A stretch of 64,000 nucleotides of DNA from Candidatus Woesebacteria bacterium RIFCSPHIGHO2_02_FULL_42_20 (GTDB lineage: Bacteria > Patescibacteriota > Microgenomatia > UBA8517), in contig MGGS01000001.1 in assembly GCA_001792535.1 (NCBI GenBank), forward strand, positions 49,695 to 113,694, in the 5' to 3' direction. The notes beneath the pieces are model-generated. The model was given only the letters and a program-made list of their open reading frames with translations, did no database searches and had not been told where the DNA came from. Positions 55,663-64,000 of this stretch are shown piece by piece. The translations under genes were made by a program, and so were the position numbers. Numbering within the stretch: the first letter of the stretch is position 1; every line of letters begins with the position of its first letter.

Positions 55663-56768
55663 CAGACAAACCAAGCAAAATTGCCATTATTATCCCTGCT
55701 TCAAACGAAGAGTTTGTGATTGAAAAAACTCTCCTGGCGCTCTTGGAATACGTGGAAGGAAACCATATTTACTTGGTTGACGATAACTCAAAAGACTTGA
55801 CGCGCCGGTTGGCATTAAGCCATTTACCCAAACAAAATATTCTTACTTTAACTATAAATCACGGTAAAGCGGCTTGTCTAAATGAAGGCATTAAAAAGTT
55901 TGAACTTACCAAGCGCTACGAGCACATTATGCCCGTTGATGCAGATACAATTCCTTCTTCGCAGTTTCTGGCAAATGTAATGCAAGTTTTTGAAGATGAC
56001 AAACAACAAAAAATCGCGGCAGTTGTCGGCAAAGTTATGGGCAAAAATTCGTCTTGGATCACAGCATACAGACTTTGGGAGTATGAAATGTCTCAAGTTA
56101 TATATAAATCGGCGCAGAATATTATCGGGACAATTGCTGTTTGCCCTGGGTGTGCCACTGTCTATCGGGCTGCCGTATTCACTAAAACTTCCTTTTCAAA
56201 GGATACTGTTACAGAAGATATGGATTTAACATTTGAGATTCACCGCAAAAAGTTGGGTTTGATAAAATACTGTCCAAGTGCGACTGTTGTGACCCAAGAT
56301 CCTGGTACGGTAAAAGACTTTGCCAAGCAAGTTGAAAAGTGGTACAAGGGGTTTTGGCAATGTGTTGTCAAGCACAATGTCCCCTGGGGCGGCCAGAAAT
56401 TTGATTTGGAAGTAGCTATTCTTGCCACGGAGGGAGTATTCAATGGTCTATTGGTCCTGGCTCTCATAGTATTGTCTCCGATTATTCTAAAATACAATTA
56501 CATGTTGCTTTTCTATCCGTTGATTTTTGATTTCTGGTTGTTTTTTATGCCGTCGCTCATTTATGCGGTGCTAAAATACAAAGATTATATGTTAATGTTA
56601 TATATTCCGCAGTTTTATTTTATGAGGTTACTTACAGGACTGATTTTCATCAAAAGTTTTTTTATGGTTTTGCTAGGTATCACACCGTCAGGCCATTGGA
56701 GCAGAACACGCAGGTGGCAAATCTCGGCTGATGAAAGGAAATTATGGCTCAGCCCATCCCTGGACTAA
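55659..56768 (+). CDS. Family 2 glycosyltransferase with C-terminal multi-TM region (processive synthase-like)
   Basis: GT-A fold IAIIIPASNEE...YLVDDNS...MPVDADT. C-terminal TM helices plus RRW segment. 4-nt overlap with the deacetylase gene. Confidence 0.7.
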   Translation: MTDKPSKIAIIIPASNEEFVIEKTLLALLEYVEGNHIYLVDDNSKDLTRRLALSHLPKQNILTLTINHGKAACLNEGIKKFELTKRYEHIMPVDADTIPSSQFLANVMQVFEDDKQQKIAAVVGKVMGKNSSWITAYRLWEYEMSQVIYKSAQNIIGTIAVCPGCATVYRAAVFTKTSFSKDTVTEDMDLTFEIHRKKLGLIKYCPSATVVTQDPGTVKDFAKQVEKWYKGFWQCVVKHNVPWGGQKFDLEVAILATEGVFNGLLVLALIVLSPIILKYNYMLLFYPLIFDFWLFFMPSLIYAVLKYKDYMLMLYIPQFYFMRLLTGLIFIKSFFMVLLGITPSGHWSRTRRWQISADERKLWLSPSLD

Positions 56769-56862
56769 ATAACTTTTCATTAGTGTTCCATTTACTTGTC
56801 GTAGTTGTGGCTAAAATTACGTCCGCGGTTCGCAAGTTTTCCGTAAGTATGTTCAAAAGAAA

Positions 56863-57912
56863 GTGAAAAAAATTGTTGCAGTTTTGTTGCCACTGGCAAT
56901 TTTTTTAATCGTTTTTTTCTATACGGCAATACCTTTTAATTTTGACGGCTTTATTTCTCCTGTCCCGGAATATGTTCCCGCTGGCAACAGGCCGCCGGAA
57001 TTTGGCGCGTGGCTTGCTTACTGGGATGAAGACTTGGCGATTGAAAACCTCACTTTGGGACTGCCTGTCCAAAGCATATCGCCAGTCTGGTATGTTTTGG
57101 ATGGCACAGCAGCGCTTACCCAAAGTCCGCACCAAAAAGGAAGCGAAATTATTGCACTGGCTAAAAAAAACACTGTCCAGATTACTCCCACCATTTTCAA
57201 CGATTTTGACGGCGAGCGAGTCGCGAACTTGATTGGGGATAAGGCAAAAATCGCCGACTTTCTAGATACGCTTATAACTATAATAGATGACCATGATTTT
57301 GCAGGAATAGATCTTGACCTTGAAGTTATAGAAGAAGATGACAAGTTAGCATTTTCACGACTTGTTGATGCAGTTGGCCAACTTGTTCACCAAAAAGGCA
57401 AGCTTTTAAGTGTTACAGTACACGCAAAAGCAGGCAAGAATGACTGGCCGGGCTCTCTGGGCCAGGATTGGCAAGAAATCTCAAAGTATGCAGACCGGGT
57501 CCGAATTATGGTTTACGATTACCACAACTCTAAAACCGAACCGGGCTCAATTTCGCCGATTGATTATCTGGAAGATGTTGTAGATTACGCTGTTTCGCAA
57601 ATTCCACTTGCCAAAATTGTCATTGCTCTGCCACTCTACGGTTACGATTGGAGTCAAGAAAAAGATGTAATACCGCTTACTTACGAGGCTATTTCGTCCA
57701 TGGTTAACAAAAATAGAATAGAGGTACAACTGGAAAAGCAATCCTTTTCGAAACATTTTGACTACCAACAAGACGGCGTGGGTCACGAAGTCTGGTTTGA
57801 AGACGCCCAAACTTTAGAACAAAAAATCCGTCTTGTACAATCAAAAGGAATAAATAAATTTTATTTCTGGAAACTCGGCGGCGAAGACAAAAGAGTTTGG
57901 GAAATTAAATAA
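56863..57912 (+). CDS. Glycoside hydrolase family 18-like protein (chitinase-like), N-terminal TM
   Basis: LAYWDE..., catalytic-type motif FAGIDLDLE (DxDxE), MVYDYHN and LPLYGYDWS segments matching the GH18 (beta/alpha)8 barrel. Confidence 0.65.
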   Translation: MKKIVAVLLPLAIFLIVFFYTAIPFNFDGFISPVPEYVPAGNRPPEFGAWLAYWDEDLAIENLTLGLPVQSISPVWYVLDGTAALTQSPHQKGSEIIALAKKNTVQITPTIFNDFDGERVANLIGDKAKIADFLDTLITIIDDHDFAGIDLDLEVIEEDDKLAFSRLVDAVGQLVHQKGKLLSVTVHAKAGKNDWPGSLGQDWQEISKYADRVRIMVYDYHNSKTEPGSISPIDYLEDVVDYAVSQIPLAKIVIALPLYGYDWSQEKDVIPLTYEAISSMVNKNRIEVQLEKQSFSKHFDYQQDGVGHEVWFEDAQTLEQKIRLVQSKGINKFYFWKLGGEDKRVWEIK

Positions 57913-57947
57913 GGGTCGCTTTCCGGCCTGCATTAGAACTTGGATCA

Positions 57948-57970
57948 GCCTAAACCCCAATGCTTTAGGC
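57948..57970. terminator. Hairpin between convergent GH18 and ATP-grasp genes (weak bidirectional terminator candidate)
   Basis: GCCTAAA-ccccaatgc-TTTAGGC. 7-bp stem, 9-nt loop. No strong U-tract on either strand. Confidence 0.25.
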
Positions 57971-58050
57971 ATAACAATGACTATAGTATATATAATAGTA
58001 TCAACAACAATGAGTGTAGAAATCAGAGAATCTTGTCTTAAGAGGCCTGA

Positions 58051-59196
58051 CTAAAGTTTGGTCTGATTGAAGTTTGCATCGTTTTTACCAACGGTTATTG
58101 GAACTTCACCCATAATATTAGGCAACCCAACCCGCCCATCTAACTCTTTAACTATCATTCTAATTAGTTTCTTGCCTTCGATTTCGTTTTCCCTAATTAA
58201 TAAATTCCAGTCCAGGCCGGGTCCGGTATTTCCCTCAAGAAGGTATATGTTCCCGCTATTACTGATAATAAAATCAAGTGTATACAGTGAACATTTTTTA
58301 TTTAAAACGTTAGCAATCTTTCTGGAAGTAGATACTACTTCCTGTGGCACTTCACTTTTAGAAATATATTTCAATAACCCACCTTGGTGCTCATTGCAGC
58401 GGAAATCGCCCGGCTTTGCCATTCTGATATAGGTTTGAATTATTTTCACTCCGAGATATATCAGCCGAATATCGGTTGCTACTTGCGAATTTTTGTAACT
58501 AAAACCTTTGTCAAACTTAACGAACGGTTGAATAATATATGATATTTTTTCATTCCGCTTCATCGAAGCCATCATCTTTTTTGTTTGTTTGGCTTTAAAC
58601 TTATAAACGCGTAATCCACCAGCCCCAAACCTGTTTTTCATAATGATTTCGTCAGAAAAATCATATTTGTGCGGATGTATTGACACTATTTCTTTGAGCG
58701 ACCTAAGTGCTCTGTAAATACTTTCACCTGTTGCATCTTTAATAATTACTGTGGGGATGGAAAATTTATGAAGTTTTTTATAAGTTTGTTGTTTGTCAAA
58801 AAAAAGATTAAAAAGGTATGGATGGTTAAAAGGTTTAACTTTTTTGGAAGAGAAAAGTAGTTTACGAGCCGTCTCAATTCTCTTGTTAATCGGAGAAAAC
58901 TTGTCAAAAATTAATTTCGAATATCCGGACTCTCTAACTTTAATCCAGCCATTGTTTTCAAAAAGCCAATAACTTCGACAGCGGCCTGCTCCCGTAATAT
59001 CGGTCGTAGTAGTAAAAGCCGCTTTTAAATTATTTTTTTTGCAAATTTTTAGAAAGTATTTATAGACTACGTTGTATACTTCACTGTTTGATCCTTTAGG
59101 AAATGGTGTCGAAATGTCAGCGGATAGGGAGTAAGCACTCTTTGCTAGTCGGTCAGAGTACACTATCAGTACATCAAATATGGTGATTTTCTCCAT
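58051..59196 (-). CDS. ATP-grasp fold protein (RimK/YheC-YheD-like ligase), function unknown
   Basis: ATP-grasp elements MKNRFGAGGLRVYKF, IQPFV, ...RCNEHQGG... and LLEGNTGPGL. Low GC (~35%). Lone minus-strand gene flanked by 140-nt and 440-nt intergenic regions. Confidence 0.6.
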   Translation of the reverse strand: MEKITIFDVLIVYSDRLAKSAYSLSADISTPFPKGSNSEVYNVVYKYFLKICKKNNLKAAFTTTTDITGAGRCRSYWLFENNGWIKVRESGYSKLIFDKFSPINKRIETARKLLFSSKKVKPFNHPYLFNLFFDKQQTYKKLHKFSIPTVIIKDATGESIYRALRSLKEIVSIHPHKYDFSDEIIMKNRFGAGGLRVYKFKAKQTKKMMASMKRNEKISYIIQPFVKFDKGFSYKNSQVATDIRLIYLGVKIIQTYIRMAKPGDFRCNEHQGGLLKYISKSEVPQEVVSTSRKIANVLNKKCSLYTLDFIISNSGNIYLLEGNTGPGLDWNLLIRENEIEGKKLIRMIVKELDGRVGLPNIMGEVPITVGKNDANFNQTKL

Positions 59197-59636
59197 GTTA
59201 AATCTTTCGGGGCAAACAGGAAGATTATTCTGCTATCACTACCTTATATTATACACTTTTAGATTGTAAGAAGTCGGGGTGGCTTGCCAGTTGATGTTCG
59301 AACTTGAATTAGTCATAACTCCACGGATCTAGTTGCTCTTAATTATATCTCAATTTAATCTTCTAATAATACTTACAATTGGAACTCTCAGCCCGAGAGC
59401 TAACTTTCAGACTCAAATAGTCTGTTAGAGCCGGAATCAACATTTTCTGAGGAGAAAGCCCGCACTGAGCATGGCCGAAGTGTTATTCCTTTCCAATTTA
59501 CAGTCAAATTACCTCACCAAGATATTGTCCTATGATTTTGGAGAGGGATGAGAAGGGGAGAATTGTTTCTTCAAAGTTTCCACCAATGCAGTATTAAACT
59601 TCAGCTGTTCTTCAGTATAAATTATATAATTAGGGT

Positions 59637-60308
59637 ATGAGAGTTTTAGTTATTGAGGATGAACATCGTATTGCAAACACCATTAAAGAAGGCCTTGAAC
59701 AAGAGAGGTATGTTGTAGATGTCGCTTATGATGGTGAAGAAGGATACGATTTGGCAGCAACAGAAGAATATGATGCAATAGTTCTTGATTTGATGCTTCC
59801 GAAGAAGGTTGGTATTGATGTTTGTAAAGACCTTCGTAAAGACGGCATACACACTCCAATTTTAATTCTAACCGCTAAAAGCATGACAAAGGATAAAATA
59901 ATTGGCTTAGATTCGGGAGCAGATGATTACCTGACAAAGCCGTTTTCTTTTAGTGAATTAGTAGCTAGGTTAAGAGCTTTATCTCGCCGTCCAAACAAAA
60001 CCGTGAATGAGACACTTAAGGTTGATGATCTAACTTTGGATCCACGAATGTGTAGAGTTGAAAGAGGTGGACAAGAGATTGAACTTACAAACAAAGAATA
60101 CTCGCTTCTAGAATATTTGATGCGCAATCCTGTCACCGTGCTTAGTAAGGACCAAATTATAAATAATATTTGGAACTATGATGCTGACATTTTGCCCAAC
60201 ACTGTTGAAGTGTATGTCAAAATATTGAGAAGCAAGATTGATAAACCATTTCCCAAGAAAGATCCATTGATAAATACTGTTAGAGGATTTGGATACAAGA
60301 TTGGATAA
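59637..60308 (+). CDS. OmpR-family response regulator
   Basis: Receiver domain (MRVLVIEDE...DAIVLDLMLP...K) plus C-terminal winged helix (...VYVKILRSKIDK...TVRGFGYKI). Confidence 0.9.
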   Translation: MRVLVIEDEHRIANTIKEGLEQERYVVDVAYDGEEGYDLAATEEYDAIVLDLMLPKKVGIDVCKDLRKDGIHTPILILTAKSMTKDKIIGLDSGADDYLTKPFSFSELVARLRALSRRPNKTVNETLKVDDLTLDPRMCRVERGGQEIELTNKEYSLLEYLMRNPVTVLSKDQIINNIWNYDADILPNTVEVYVKILRSKIDKPFPKKDPLINTVRGFGYKIG

Positions 60309-60310
60309 CT

Positions 60311-61321
60311 ATGTTTAAAAACGCACGGCTCAAACTTACTGCTTGGTACTTAATAATTATTATGTCTGTCAGCCTTGGTTTGAGTGTTTTTCTATACAAA
60401 GTTCAAGTAAGGGAAATTGAAAGATTGGAATTTGCTATCCGAGTACGACAGGAACGACAGTTTGAGCAGTTCATGGGTAACCGCCCACCTCCACCATTCG
60501 TTCCAGATCCTGACGTTTTAGAAGATGCTCGGCAGAGAATAATAATGTTATTGGCAATAGTTAATGGCGGTATTTTAATTGTAGCTGGTGGGCTTGGATA
60601 TTTTTTAGCAGGGCGCACACTTAGGCCAATACAAGATATGCTTGATGAGCAGAACCGTTTCATATCTGATGCAAGCCATGAGTTGAAAACACCGCTGACT
60701 TCTCTAAAAAGTGCTTTTGAGGTTTACCTGCGTAATAAAAAACCTACCCTATCAAAAGCTGAAACTTTAGTAGAAGAAAGCTTGGTAGAAACCAACAAGC
60801 TTCAGCAGTTGGCAGAATCTTTACTCCTGTTAGCACAATATAAAAAGATGAATGGCAGCTCTGAGTTTAAAGGGGTAGAAATTGAAAGTGTTATAAGTGA
60901 ATCAGTCAAAAGGATAAAAGCAAAGGCCATAAGGTCGAATATAAAAATAAAAGAAAGAGTAAATAATTTTAAGGTGCAGGGCGACAGGGATAGACTGGTT
61001 GACCTCATAATAATACTTCTTGATAACGCTATTAAATACAGCAAAAAAGGTGATTCAATTTTGGTGAGTACTGTCGCTTCTGAGAACAATGGTCAAATAA
61101 AGATTAAAGACAAAGGTGTGGGTATAAGTGGGGAGGACTTACCACATATATTTGACAGGTTTTACAGAGCTGACGTTTCCAGGAGTAAGACCCAAATAGA
61201 CGGCTATGGATTAGGGCTGGCTATTGCTAAAGAGATTGCCACACAACATCAAGGTAAAATCGAGGTAGAGAGTGAAATAGACAAAGGCTCTATATTTACT
61301 GTGACGCTTCCTTTAACTTAA
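60311..61321 (+). CDS. Sensor histidine kinase
   Basis: H-box ISDASHELKTPLTSL, N-box LLDNAIKYS, G-boxes DKGVGISGEDLPHIFDRFYR and GYGLGLAIAKEIA. One or two N-terminal TM helices. Confidence 0.9.
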   Translation: MFKNARLKLTAWYLIIIMSVSLGLSVFLYKVQVREIERLEFAIRVRQERQFEQFMGNRPPPPFVPDPDVLEDARQRIIMLLAIVNGGILIVAGGLGYFLAGRTLRPIQDMLDEQNRFISDASHELKTPLTSLKSAFEVYLRNKKPTLSKAETLVEESLVETNKLQQLAESLLLLAQYKKMNGSSEFKGVEIESVISESVKRIKAKAIRSNIKIKERVNNFKVQGDRDRLVDLIIILLDNAIKYSKKGDSILVSTVASENNGQIKIKDKGVGISGEDLPHIFDRFYRADVSRSKTQIDGYGLGLAIAKEIATQHQGKIEVESEIDKGSIFTVTLPLT

Positions 61322-61372
61322 CAATAAATACGTTTCAGCCCTTCTTCAGAATCGGGTTTTACACTACAACTT

Positions 61373-62776
61373 GTGAGTAAAAAGAAATCAGACAAAGTTG
61401 TCCAATCGAATGCAAAGCAACGTGCTGTTGGCGCTTTTGCTATGGTCAGGAATAAGGTTAAGGTTTTTATTGGATGGCTTTTGGCAAAAAGAAGTCGTGT
61501 TGTGTTGGTTTTTTTAATTTTCTTGGCAATAGGTATTTTTGCGTGGACATGGAGGGACAAAACTCCCGAAATCCAATACCAAACAGCTACTGCTGAAGTT
61601 GGTAGTTTGATAACATCGATTGCTGCCTCAGGAACAATTACTTCGGGAAATAATACTTCAGTAACCACAAAAGTATCGGGGACTGTTAGTAAGGTATATG
61701 TAACCAACGGAGACACTGTCACCAAAGGCCAAAAGATAGCGGAAGTAACTCCGGATGATTATGCTGCAGAGCGTCAAACCGCTGCCTGGGTGGCTTATCT
61801 TGAAGCTTCGGAGAATCTACTATCTGCAAAAAACAATAAGGCACTAGCTGATATTGCGATGTGGGAAGCAAGACAAAATGTATTAGATGCACAGGAAGCG
61901 GTTGACAATATGAATGACAATGACACAAATCCTGTCACAAATGAGGTTTACACAGATGGGGAGCGAATGATAATTACCAAGACTCTTGACCAGTCCAGAC
62001 TCGCTTTTGATGTGGCTGAAGCGAAATATAATAATTCTAATGCTGATATATCAAATGCCAGTGCTAAAGTGGCAGCAGCCTTAAGGGATTATCAGGAAAA
62101 CGCATCAACCATTGTGGCGCCTGCAAGTGGTACGATAAGTGACTTGTCGTTAGCCGAAGGCTTGGTTATAAATGCAAACTCTCAAACTAGCTCTACAAGT
62201 GGCGCAACAATTATTTCCCCACAAACTATTGGTAAAATCAGTAATCCTTCTGGACAGCTTCAAGCTCAAGTCAGCCTGAGCGAGATTGACGTAATTAGTG
62301 TAGCTGCTAATCAAAAAGTAACCCTAACATTAGATGCATATCCTGACAAAACCTTTACTGGTAAAGTCCTCTCGGTTGATACAAGCGGAAGCTCTAATCA
62401 GGGAGTAACCAGCTACCCAGCAACAATATTGTTAGACAAAACAAGCGTAGAAATTTATCCCAATATGGCAGTGACCGCACAAATACTTTTAGATGTTAAA
62501 GCAGAAGTCTTGCTAGTACCTTCCTCAGCTGTCAAAAGTGACATGAACGGAATATATGTTGAAGCAATGGCTGATGGTAAACCGCAGCGCAAAGAAGTTG
62601 AAATTGGAGATGCTAACGACTCTCAAACAGAGATTGTCTCAGGTTTATCGGAGGGTGCTGATGTGGTAACTGCAACAATTGATCCAAATCAAGAAATTAA
62701 CTTTGGTGGAACGGGCGGATTTGATGGATCGGCCTTTGGTGGGGCAGGTGGCGGGGTAAGAATTATTGGCAGATAA
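61373..62776 (+). CDS. Periplasmic adaptor (membrane fusion protein, MacA/HlyD family)
   Basis: N-terminal TM anchor, long coiled-coil region, beta-barrel/lipoyl-like segments, Gly-rich C-terminal tail. GTG start. Confidence 0.7.
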   Translation: MSKKKSDKVVQSNAKQRAVGAFAMVRNKVKVFIGWLLAKRSRVVLVFLIFLAIGIFAWTWRDKTPEIQYQTATAEVGSLITSIAASGTITSGNNTSVTTKVSGTVSKVYVTNGDTVTKGQKIAEVTPDDYAAERQTAAWVAYLEASENLLSAKNNKALADIAMWEARQNVLDAQEAVDNMNDNDTNPVTNEVYTDGERMIITKTLDQSRLAFDVAEAKYNNSNADISNASAKVAAALRDYQENASTIVAPASGTISDLSLAEGLVINANSQTSSTSGATIISPQTIGKISNPSGQLQAQVSLSEIDVISVAANQKVTLTLDAYPDKTFTGKVLSVDTSGSSNQGVTSYPATILLDKTSVEIYPNMAVTAQILLDVKAEVLLVPSSAVKSDMNGIYVEAMADGKPQRKEVEIGDANDSQTEIVSGLSEGADVVTATIDPNQEINFGGTGGFDGSAFGGAGGGVRIIGR

Positions 62777-62807
62777 GCAAAGCTTGCTACTACATAGTAA
62801 ATGAAAA

Positions 62808-63491
62808 ATGATACGAGTTTTCAAACTTTCCAAGATATATCGCAATGAGTCAGCTGAAACATTGGCCCTGAAGAATGTTTCGTTTGAGATCAAAAAGGGC
62901 GAGTTTGTTGCGATTATGGGTCCCTCTGGTTCTGGCAAATCCACTTTAATGCATATTTTGGGTGCCTTGGATAAGTCTACTTCAGGAAAATATTTCTTGG
63001 ATGGTACGGATGTTTCCAAAATGAATGCTGACGAACTCGCTGATATTAGAAATCAAAAAATTGGGTTTGTTTTTCAAGCATTCAATCTGTTACCTAGGTA
63101 CTCAGCCGTAAGAAATGTTTCTCTGCCGATGATGTATGGAGGAATTGAAAAGGAGAAAAGACATGATTTAGCTATTAAATACTTAAAAATGGTAGGACTT
63201 GGCGATAGGCTGGATTATACACCCTCTCAACTTTCAGGTGGACAGAAACAGAGAGTAGCCATTGCTCGGGCATTAGCCATGAACCCTAGCATTATTTTGG
63301 CCGACGAACCCACTGGTAATATTGCAACAAAACAAGCCGCTGAGATTATGGAAATCCTCCAGGAGCTTAATGATAAAGGTAACACAATTTTAATAATTAC
63401 TCATGAAAAGGATATAGCCGAATATGCCAAAAGAACCATCACCATAAGGGATGGCGAATTGGCAGGAGATAAAAAAAATGGGACTAGATGA
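62808..63491 (+). CDS. ABC transporter ATP-binding protein (MacB/LolD/FtsE-like)
   Basis: Walker A GPSGSGKST, signature LSGGQKQRVAIARAL, Walker B ILADEPTG. Confidence 0.92.
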   Translation: MIRVFKLSKIYRNESAETLALKNVSFEIKKGEFVAIMGPSGSGKSTLMHILGALDKSTSGKYFLDGTDVSKMNADELADIRNQKIGFVFQAFNLLPRYSAVRNVSLPMMYGGIEKEKRHDLAIKYLKMVGLGDRLDYTPSQLSGGQKQRVAIARALAMNPSIILADEPTGNIATKQAAEIMEILQELNDKGNTILIITHEKDIAEYAKRTITIRDGELAGDKKNGTR

Positions 63492-64000
63492 AATACTAAC
63501 AGAAAGCATCGGGACACTAGCGCTTAACAAAGTCAGAACAGGGCTTGCTATGCTCGGAGTTATTATTGGTATTGGAAGTGTTATAACTCTTGTATCATTG
63601 GGTCAAGCTTCACAAAAGTCAGTTGAGAATCAAATTAAATCCTTAGGTGCAAATCTTATAACTGTTTCTCCAGCAGGACAAAACGTCGGTGGAGTTCGAG
63701 GTGCTGCTGGTGGAGGTACAACATTAACTTTAGCTGATGCTGAGGCGATAGAAAATTCTTCGGAAGTTTCAACTGTTACTGCAGTCTCTCCTGAATACAC
63801 AGGCAGATCTCAAGTTACTGCGGGGAGGAACAATACTAACACACAAATATATGGTGTTGTTCCCGAATATCTCACTGTTCGTAATGTGTCAGTTGCCAAT
63901 GGTTCTTTTATTTCAGGTCAGCATGTATCCTCTCAAGCAAAGGTGGCTGTGCTTGGCCCTACAGTGGTCGAAGACTTGTTTGGAAAAGGTGCTAACCCTG
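63478..64000 (+). CDS. ABC transporter permease (MacB/FtsX-like), 3' partial at window end
   Basis: MGLDEILTESIGTLALNKVRTGLAMLGVIIGIGSVITLVSLG... is typical of the MacB N-terminal TM1 plus periplasmic domain. Overlaps the ATPase gene by 14 nt. Confidence 0.8.
   Translation, partial: MGLDEILTESIGTLALNKVRTGLAMLGVIIGIGSVITLVSLGQASQKSVENQIKSLGANLITVSPAGQNVGGVRGAAGGGTTLTLADAEAIENSSEVSTVTAVSPEYTGRSQVTAGRNNTNTQIYGVVPEYLTVRNVSVANGSFISGQHVSSQAKVAVLGPTVVEDLFGKGANP

Noticed and set aside
1-64000. CRISPR arrays, cas genes, rRNA operons, transposases, integrases, prophage structural genes
   Set aside because: No regularly spaced direct repeats, no Cas-like motifs, no rRNA-like conserved strings and no recombinase or terminase motifs were seen on either strand.

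Overview
This window is a dense, low-GC (~43%) stretch of bacterial chromosome. Its gene content and organisation suggest a streamlined, CPR/Patescibacteria-like genome; this is an inference. The supporting signs are many 4-nt ATGA start/stop overlaps, a eukaryote-like type-2 IleS, a short UvrC, gatCAB, and frequent GTG/TTG starts.

Core housekeeping genes recognised from motifs:
- Cell division and translation: ftsA (5' truncated at the window edge), ftsZ, ileS, a SEDS ftsW/rodA gene, rplU, rpmA, rplS, secG.
- Segregation, secretion, proteolysis: parB, lepB, lemA, htpX, gatC-gatA-(MFS transporter)-gatB.
- Replication and recombination: dnaE, ruvC, a holA-like gene, polX.
- Central carbon: a glycolytic block of PGM/PMM, IMPase, SIS isomerase, ppsA, eno and gpmI.
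- SOS/NER set: lexA divergent from uvrB, galU, uvrA, a transglutaminase-like gene, short uvrC.

Other content:
- Four tRNAs: Val-CAC, Thr-CGT, Gly-CCC, Asp-GTC.
- A putative chitin/PNAG-like exopolysaccharide locus: GT39/83-like, CE4 deacetylase, GT2 synthase, GH18.
- An OmpR/HisK two-component system next to a MacA/MacB-like efflux module.

The most unusual part is an accessory stretch at ~9.8-19 kb, punctuated by the four tRNAs. It holds:
- a split ferric-reductase-like pair (haem TM domain gene and FNR-like gene);
- a translationally coupled pair of an unknown 265-aa protein plus a short P-loop NTPase, which is a candidate novel module;
- two orphan OmpR-type winged-helix regulators without receiver domains, one co-operonic with a MazG-like pyrophosphatase;
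- a low-GC NUDIX gene;
- a GC-rich ~280-nt structured intergenic element (candidate ncRNA);
- a 660-nt ORF-free spacer with a perfect 31-nt palindrome;
- an 81-nt GC-rich hairpin.

No CRISPR array, cas genes, rRNA, integrase or transposase were seen.
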